In this document: piece after piece, positions 58,624 through 64,000 of the stretch
Layout of the letters: every line of letters begins with the position of its first letter
Position numbering within the stretch: the stretch's first letter is position 1
NCBI GenBank assembly: GCA_002774875.1
Contig: PCYM01000005.1
Location: forward strand, 1,979-65,978
DNA length: 64,000 nucleotides
Reading direction: 5' to 3'
Origin: Candidatus Uhrbacteria bacterium CG10_big_fil_rev_8_21_14_0_10_50_16
GTDB lineage: Bacteria > Patescibacteriota > Patescibacteriia > UBA9934 > UBA11717
Notes under the pieces: generated by a model
The model's input: only the letters and a program-made list of their open reading frames with translations
Database searches by the model: none
Told to the model about the DNA's origin: nothing
Program-made: the position numbers and the translations under genes

Positions 58624-59943
58624 ATGGCAGACAGCAAAGACGTGGCAGCAGATAAAAAGAAAGTAAAAGCATTAGAGACATTGCGTGGTATGCGCGACAT
58701 TCTTCCGGATGAGCAAATCTACTGGGAGTACTTCCGTCGTAAGGCGCGTGAGATTGCGGAAACGTATTCTTACGGCCGCATTGAGACACCGATTTTAGAG
58801 CAGGAGAAATTGTTTAGCCGCACCTTGGGTAAACAAACGGATGTGGTGGAGAAAGAGATGTATTCCTTTGATGATAAAGGTGGAGACAAGGTTGCTCTGC
58901 GACCAGAGGCCACCGCGTCCGTGGTACGCGCCTACATTAATCACGGTATGCTCAACCTCCCTCAGCCGGTAAAGATGTGGTACATGGGACCGATGTTTCG
59001 GTACGATCGTCCACAATCGGGACGGTATCGACAGTTTTATCAGTATGGATTAGAGGTGATTGGTGGAGGAGATTCTGTGGTGGATGCGCAACTTATTTTG
59101 ATCGCAACCAAGTTGTTTGAAGATTTGGGGCTCAAAGTAAAAGTGGAGATTAACTCGATTGGGACCGCCCAAACGCGACAGGAGTATAAGATTGAGTTGG
59201 TGGCCTACGCACGGAAGAACAAAAAAGATTTGTGTGAGGATTGTATGCGTCGTATGGCCAAGAATCCGTTGCGACTCTTGGATTGTAAAGTGCCGGCCTG
59301 TCACGAGGTGATGAAGAACGCGCCACAGATTGTGGATTGGCTGGACGACCCGTCGCGCGATCACTTTATGGAGTTGATTGAATATTTAGATGAAGTTGGT
59401 GTGCCGTATGTGTTGAATCCGCACCTTGTACGTGGGTTGGACTACTACAACCGAACGGTATTTGAGATTGTGCCAGACCGCGGAGATGATTCCGAGCCAG
59501 GGTCGCAATCCGCCCTTGCCGCCGGCGGACGTTATGATGAGTTGGTGGAGATGATGGGAGGACGCGAGGAGACACCGGCCGTTGGATTCGCGGTGGGAAT
59601 CGAGCGTGCTATTTTGGAGATGAAGCAGCAGAACGTGGAACCTCCTGCATTGTCAGCGCCAGATGTGTTCTTTGCCCAGCTTGGAAAGGAGGCGCGTCGG
59701 ACATCGCTGCGCTTGTTTGAAGAGGTACGCGCGGCAGGATTCAATGTAGTGGAGGCGTTTGGGAAGGCAAGCCTCAAGGCACAGTTGGAGAGCGCTAATA
59801 AAGTTGGTGCGCATGTGGCCGTGATTTTGGGCCAGCAAGAAGTGCAAGATGATACAATTATTGTGCGAGATATGGATTCGGGGTCGCAAGAAACGATTCC
59901 GATTGAGAAGTTGATCGACAACCTCAAACGCATCCTCAAGTAA
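58624..59943 (+). CDS. hisS: Histidyl-tRNA synthetase
   Basis: Class II motifs; RGLDYY; GGRYD; anticodon-binding domain; 439 aa. Confidence 0.93.
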   Translation: MADSKDVAADKKKVKALETLRGMRDILPDEQIYWEYFRRKAREIAETYSYGRIETPILEQEKLFSRTLGKQTDVVEKEMYSFDDKGGDKVALRPEATASVVRAYINHGMLNLPQPVKMWYMGPMFRYDRPQSGRYRQFYQYGLEVIGGGDSVVDAQLILIATKLFEDLGLKVKVEINSIGTAQTRQEYKIELVAYARKNKKDLCEDCMRRMAKNPLRLLDCKVPACHEVMKNAPQIVDWLDDPSRDHFMELIEYLDEVGVPYVLNPHLVRGLDYYNRTVFEIVPDRGDDSEPGSQSALAAGGRYDELVEMMGGREETPAVGFAVGIERAILEMKQQNVEPPALSAPDVFFAQLGKEARRTSLRLFEEVRAAGFNVVEAFGKASLKAQLESANKVGAHVAVILGQQEVQDDTIIVRDMDSGSQETIPIEKLIDNLKRILK

Positions 59944-59944
59944 T

Positions 59945-59976
59945 AAAAACACCACCCGCGAGGGTGGTGTTTGTGA
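59945..59976 (+). terminator. Intrinsic terminator after hisS (GNRA-loop hairpin)
   Basis: caccaccc gcga gggtggtg 8-bp stem followed by tttgtg. Confidence 0.7.
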
Positions 59977-59990
59977 TAAGATTTGATTAA
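59966..59990. repeat. 25-bp direct repeat, left copy (gtggtgtttgtgataagatttgatt), flanking the rhuM cassette
   Basis: Exact 25-mer recurs at 61120-61144. Confidence 0.8.
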
Positions 59991-60034
59991 GTGTCGATGG
60001 ATCGTGAAGAATTGTTGAGGATTAAGATAAGTTT

Positions 60035-61048
60035 ATGGATAATACGGAATTGAATAACGAAATCATTATTTATACTGGCGACGGTGGTCAGCCGATTATT
60101 CAGGTACGAATTGAAGGGGAGACCGTGTGGCTTAGTCAAACGCAATTGGCAGAATTATTCGACACGACGAAACAAAACGTCAGCCTTCATATTCAGAATA
60201 TTTACGAAGAAGGCGAGTTAACAAAAGAAGCAACTGTCAAGGAATACTTGATTGTTCAAAAAGAGGGGAATAGGGAGGTTTCACGACGGATTGAACATTA
60301 TAGTCTCGATCTTATTATTTCTCTTGGCTATCGCGTTAGATCGAAGATTGCTACACATTTTCGCCAATGGGCCACGGCACGACTTCGTGAGTATATCGTG
60401 AAAGGCTTTACAATGGACGATGAACGGTTAAAAGGAAATGGCGGCGGACAGTATTGGAAAGAACTTCTTGATCGCATTCGCGATATTCGTTCCAGCGAAA
60501 AGATGCTTTATCGTCAAGTGCTTGATTTGTATGCGACGAGTATTGATTATGATCCGAAAAGTACTGAGTCAATAATATTTTTTAAAGTCGTGCAAAACAA
60601 ATTGCATTACGCGACGAACCAACACACGGCCGCAGAGACCATCCATGAACGCGCGGATGCAGAAAAAGATTTCATGGGACTTACAACGTTTGCAGGAGCA
60701 ATGCCTGTATTATCAGAAGTTGGGACGGCTAAAAATTATCTGACAGAAGATGAACTTTTCCGTTTAAATCGTCTCGTTTCAGCATTTTTTGATCTTGCAG
60801 AAATTAAAGCACAAGAGCATACAGCAATGCACATGGCCGATTGGGTTGCAGAGCTTGATAAATTTGCAGAGAACTTTGGTAAGGGTGTGCTCACCGATGC
60901 GGGTTCCGTTAGTCACGAACAAGCGAAAAAGAAAGTAGCAGTAGAATATCGTAAGTATCAGGCGAAGACCCTTTCCCCAGTTGAAGAAGCGTATTTGGAG
61001 AGTGTGAAGGCGTTAGGAAAGGAAGTGGAGAAGCGAGTAAAAAAGTAA
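60035..61048 (+). CDS. rhuM: RhuM-family (virulence-associated, Fic/DOC-neighbourhood) protein
   Basis: N-terminus IIIYTGDGGQPIIQVRIEGETVWLSQTQLAELFDTTKQNVSLHIQNIYEEGEL matches the RhuM family pattern; AT-rich gene. Confidence 0.75.
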   Translation: MDNTELNNEIIIYTGDGGQPIIQVRIEGETVWLSQTQLAELFDTTKQNVSLHIQNIYEEGELTKEATVKEYLIVQKEGNREVSRRIEHYSLDLIISLGYRVRSKIATHFRQWATARLREYIVKGFTMDDERLKGNGGGQYWKELLDRIRDIRSSEKMLYRQVLDLYATSIDYDPKSTESIIFFKVVQNKLHYATNQHTAAETIHERADAEKDFMGLTTFAGAMPVLSEVGTAKNYLTEDELFRLNRLVSAFFDLAEIKAQEHTAMHMADWVAELDKFAENFGKGVLTDAGSVSHEQAKKKVAVEYRKYQAKTLSPVEEAYLESVKALGKEVEKRVKK

Positions 61049-61119
61049 TTCGTCGGTACGTACATCGACTAATTGTTGAGCTCCACACCCCATTATTACA
61101 TTGCGTCTGGAGGGGTTGA

Positions 61120-61144
61120 GTGGTGTTTGTGATAAGATTTGATT
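61120..61144. repeat. 25-bp direct repeat, right copy
   Basis: Identical to 59966-59990; the preceding hairpin is degenerate compared with the hisS terminator. Confidence 0.8.
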
Positions 61145-61186
61145 GATGTATTTCAAAATCCTATTTTGTTCTAAGAACATTGTCCT

Positions 61187-61534
61187 ATGAAAACACTGTC
61201 AGATTTAACAACAAAGATTGTAGCTTTTAGGGATGCTCGAGATTGGAAACAGTTTCACAACCCAAAAGATTTAGCACTATCTTTAGTGTTGGAGGCCGCA
61301 GAGGTTATGGAACATTTTCAATGGAAAAATTCAGAAGAAATGGAGAAATATGTCCAAACGAATAAATCTGATATTGGTGATGAACTAGCGGATGTTTTGT
61401 ATTGGGTTTTACTAATGAGCCACGATCTCGATATTGATATTTTAGACGCACTTGAAAAGAAAATATTAAAAAATGAAGCAAAGTACCCGGTCGATAAAGC
61501 AAAAGGGCTGCACACAAAATACACGGAGCTTTAA
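61187..61534 (+). CDS. MazG-like nucleotide pyrophosphohydrolase (small, single domain)
   Basis: EVMEHFQWK...ELADVLYWVLLMSHDLDID pattern (EExxE...DxxD metal-binding helices) typical of the MazG/YpjD family. Confidence 0.7.
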   Translation: MKTLSDLTTKIVAFRDARDWKQFHNPKDLALSLVLEAAEVMEHFQWKNSEEMEKYVQTNKSDIGDELADVLYWVLLMSHDLDIDILDALEKKILKNEAKYPVDKAKGLHTKYTEL

Positions 61535-61535
61535 T

Positions 61536-63122
61536 ATGCAGGCCATAAAGACATTTGCTTTTTCTGATAGCGGCTTTGAAACAATTAAAAAAGATCATTA
61601 TGGTTTAGATTGGCCGGTTGTTTATTTTATTGAAAATGGGAAGGAGGCTTATATTGGAGAGACAATCCACCTTTATTATAGGAGCAAGGAGCATTATAAA
61701 AATAAGGAGAGACAAAGATTGCATCAAGTTCATGTTGTGACAGATGAGGAATATAACAAGTCTGCAGCACTTGATATTGAATCTTGGTTAATTCAATACA
61801 TTGCAGCAGATGGTATTTTTAAATTACAAAATGGCAATGCAGGGTTAAAGAATCATGAATATTTTGATCGGGAAAAATATTTATCAAAATTTGAGAATGG
61901 CATTTGGCCTAAGCTAGTAAAGATGGGTCTTGCGAAGAATAATCTAGTCCAATTAAAAAATAGCGACCTTTTTAAGTATTCACCTTACAAAACGTTATCT
62001 GCAGACCAAATAGCATTTGTAGAGGCTCTTGTGGATGAAATAGCTCAAGAGAAATTAACGTTTGTGGTGCGTGGAAGACCGGGGACCGGCAAGACTATCG
62101 TGGCAGTATATTTAATGAAATATTTGAAGGAAGATAGTCGCACGTCGCATCTAAAAGTGGGCTTGGTTATTCCGATGACTTCATTGCGTAAAACGTTAAA
62201 GAATGTTTTTAAAAATATTGTGGGGCTGTCACCTTCAATGGTGATTGGTCCGGCTGATACAGTAAAAGCAGAGTATGATTTGTTGTTAGTTGATGAGACG
62301 CATAGGCTGCGACGTAGAAAAAATATTACTAACTATAAGGCTTTTGATGACATAAATCGTCATTTTGGATTTGAGAATACCGGCACCGAACTAGATTGGA
62401 TTCAAGCATCTGCTATGAAACAAGTTTACTTTTATGATGAGCAGCAGAGTGTCAGACCTTCTGACATTAGACCTTCTCAAATTGCACGTCTGCAGGCAAA
62501 GGAGTTCACGTTGCAGTCTCAAATGAGAGTAAGAGGCGGAGAGAGATATCTGGCGTTTATTGATAGTTTATTTGGTGACGGAGACATTCGTTCTGTAGAT
62601 TTTCCTCAATATGATCTCAGGATGTATGAAGATATTTCTTTGATGGTAAAAGAAATAAAGGAAAAAGATGAAGCCGTGGGTCTCGCGCGTATGGTTGCTG
62701 GATACGCTTGGTCGTGGAAGACGAGGAATTTAAAACCTCACGATGAAGGATTTGATATAGAAATAGATGGGGAAAAATTGCGTTGGAATTCTACAAATGC
62801 TGATTGGGTTAACTCGGAAAATGCAGTGAACGAAGTTGGATGTATTCATACTGTACAGGGGTATGATCTCAATTATGTTGGGGTGATTATTGGTCCGGAA
62901 CTAAAATGGGTAGACGGTAAGTTTGTACTTGATAGGTCGAGCTACTTTGATAAGAATGGACATAGAGGGGTTGAAAACGAAGAGGAGATTATTGGGTATG
63001 TGTTGAATATATATAAAACCTTACTCACTCGTGGAATTATCGGTACATTTATCTATGTGGTGGATCCCGGATTACGCAATTATCTAAAAAATATTTTAAA
63101 TCAAGCCCCAAAACCTCAATAA
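61536..63122 (+). CDS. GIY-YIG nuclease domain fused to an SF1-like P-loop helicase (DUF2075-like)
   Basis: N-terminus VVYFIENGKEAYIGETIHLYYRSKEH (GIY...YIG...R..E); Walker A GRPGTGKT; Walker B LLLVDETHRL; C-terminal helicase motif CIHTVQGYDLNYVGVIIG. Confidence 0.75.
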   Translation: MQAIKTFAFSDSGFETIKKDHYGLDWPVVYFIENGKEAYIGETIHLYYRSKEHYKNKERQRLHQVHVVTDEEYNKSAALDIESWLIQYIAADGIFKLQNGNAGLKNHEYFDREKYLSKFENGIWPKLVKMGLAKNNLVQLKNSDLFKYSPYKTLSADQIAFVEALVDEIAQEKLTFVVRGRPGTGKTIVAVYLMKYLKEDSRTSHLKVGLVIPMTSLRKTLKNVFKNIVGLSPSMVIGPADTVKAEYDLLLVDETHRLRRRKNITNYKAFDDINRHFGFENTGTELDWIQASAMKQVYFYDEQQSVRPSDIRPSQIARLQAKEFTLQSQMRVRGGERYLAFIDSLFGDGDIRSVDFPQYDLRMYEDISLMVKEIKEKDEAVGLARMVAGYAWSWKTRNLKPHDEGFDIEIDGEKLRWNSTNADWVNSENAVNEVGCIHTVQGYDLNYVGVIIGPELKWVDGKFVLDRSSYFDKNGHRGVENEEEIIGYVLNIYKTLLTRGIIGTFIYVVDPGLRNYLKNILNQAPKPQ

Positions 63123-63133
63123 ACAGCCCAGGG

Positions 63134-63162
63134 TTGACGGATTTGTGGGTGTCTGTTAGAAT
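63134..63162 (+). promoter_or_regulatory. Promoter for rpsU (TTGACG-17-TAGAAT)
   Basis: Near-consensus hexamers with 17-bp spacer, 25 bp upstream of the rpsU ATG. Confidence 0.55.
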
Positions 63163-63187
63163 GCGGCTACGTTGAATCGAGAAAACT

Positions 63188-63436
63188 ATGTTTGAAGTCA
63201 AACGAAAACAAGGAGAAAGCTTTGATGGGATGTACCGACGTTTCCAGCGTCGCATCCAAAAAGGCGGACTCGTTAAAGAAGTGCGCCGACGTCGGTATGA
63301 TGACCCGACGCCGAACTTTACTGGACGTAAGTTCAAAAAAGTTCGTGGAATCAAAATCGCTCTTAAGCGTGGATGGTTGATTAAAACCGGAAAGGCAACA
63401 GAGGAAGATTTTCGTCCAAAGCGTCGTCGTCGATAA
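63188..63436 (+). CDS. rpsU: 30S ribosomal protein S21
   Basis: MFEVKRKQGESFDGMYRRFQRRIQKGGLVKEVRRRRYDDP matches the S21 pattern. Confidence 0.9.
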   Translation: MFEVKRKQGESFDGMYRRFQRRIQKGGLVKEVRRRRYDDPTPNFTGRKFKKVRGIKIALKRGWLIKTGKATEEDFRPKRRRR

Positions 63437-63440
63437 TCAA

Positions 63441-63463
63441 AGCCCCCGAAAGGGGGTTTTGTG
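63441..63463 (+). terminator. Intrinsic terminator after rpsU
   Basis: gccccc gaaa gggggt followed by tttgtg. Confidence 0.6.
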
Positions 63464-63500
63464 CTATGCTGGGTCTATTGAAGTTAATTATCTCTTTTGT

Positions 63501-63950
63501 ATGTCTATTCAAGAAAAAATTTCCGAGGATTTAAAGACGGCCATGAAGGCACGTCAGGCGGATGTGGTTACGTCCCTCCGTGGATTGCAATCAGCGCTTA
63601 AAAATAAGCAGATCGAACTTCAGCGTGATTTGGAGGAGTCGGAAGTTTTGGAGGTACTCAAGTCGTCGAGCAAACAGTTAAAGGATGCCATGCAGGATTT
63701 TGTGAAAGGGGAGCGACAAGACCTCATCAGCAAAACCCAGGCGGAGTTGGACCTGATTGCGCAGTTTTTGCCAACGCCAATGGAGCGCGCACAAATTCGT
63801 GAGCACGTGGTCAAGATCGCCTCGGAGGTCGGTGCAACCACGCTTGCCGATATGGGTAAGTTGATGGGGGCCGTGGTAAAGGCGATTGGCGCCACGGCAA
63901 ACGGGGACGACGTCCGCAAAGAAGTAGATGCGTTTTTAAAAGAGGAATAG
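63501..63950 (+). CDS. yqeY: GatB/YqeY domain protein
   Basis: MSIQEKISEDLKTAMKARQ... YqeY family pattern; conserved rpsU-yqeY adjacency. Confidence 0.8.
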   Translation: MSIQEKISEDLKTAMKARQADVVTSLRGLQSALKNKQIELQRDLEESEVLEVLKSSSKQLKDAMQDFVKGERQDLISKTQAELDLIAQFLPTPMERAQIREHVVKIASEVGATTLADMGKLMGAVVKAIGATANGDDVRKEVDAFLKEE

Positions 63951-63957
63951 TAATAAA

Positions 63958-63992
63958 AAGAAACGGGGATCATAAATCCTCGTTTTTTTTGT
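63958..63992 (+). terminator. Intrinsic terminator after yqeY
   Basis: aaacgggga tcataaa tcctcgttt hairpin followed by tttttgtgataa. Confidence 0.55.
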
Positions 63993-64000
63993 GATAAAAT

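Overview
This window reads as a roughly 50% GC bacterial chromosome segment with CPR/Patescibacteria-like (Saccharibacteria-type) features. Ribosomal protein L30 is absent between S5 and L15, there are many 4-bp ATGA gene overlaps, AspRS lacks the GAD domain, Rel is short, ComEC is split, and TGA is used as an ordinary stop codon. Housekeeping content is dense. It includes trxA-trxB; leuS; split comEC; ndk; an M50 protease; the str operon (rpsL-rpsG-fusA ... tuf); the S10/spc ribosomal cluster through secY; alr; adk; map; ruvX; recO; asnS; a Nudix hydrolase; aspS; scpAB; a DD-carboxypeptidase; a GT4 glycosyltransferase; tRNA-Leu(CAA); two CAT-anticodon tRNAs (one clearly the initiator); parAB; rel; topA; dprA; pth; der; an LCP protein; lepB; hisS; rpsU; and yqeY. 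Several things stand out. LeuRS carries a ~190-aa alpha/beta serine-hydrolase domain (HSLGG nucleophile elbow) inserted exactly at the catalytic-core/CP1 junction. An AT-rich 3.2-kb islet between hisS and rpsU encodes RhuM, a MazG-like pyrophosphohydrolase and a GIY-YIG + SF1-helicase (DUF2075-like) protein, a candidate defense module. There is a 1249-aa protein with a PP2C phosphatase domain. The str operon is interrupted by a GC-rich ABC exporter plus an acidic Phd/YefM-like orphan. Two other genes are visibly GC-rich by eye: a membrane coiled-coil protein at 1249-2160 and a secreted protein at 42822-43436. An ~80-bp imperfect-palindromic element family has two tandem copies upstream of leuS and one inverted copy beside tRNA-Leu. 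There is a tRNA-Leu 3' flank/att-like duplication. A small membrane-protein gene is interrupted by an in-frame amber codon. A 395-bp structured spacer lies between rpsJ and rplC. All calls come from reading the sequence and the ORF track; no database searches or computed statistics were available.
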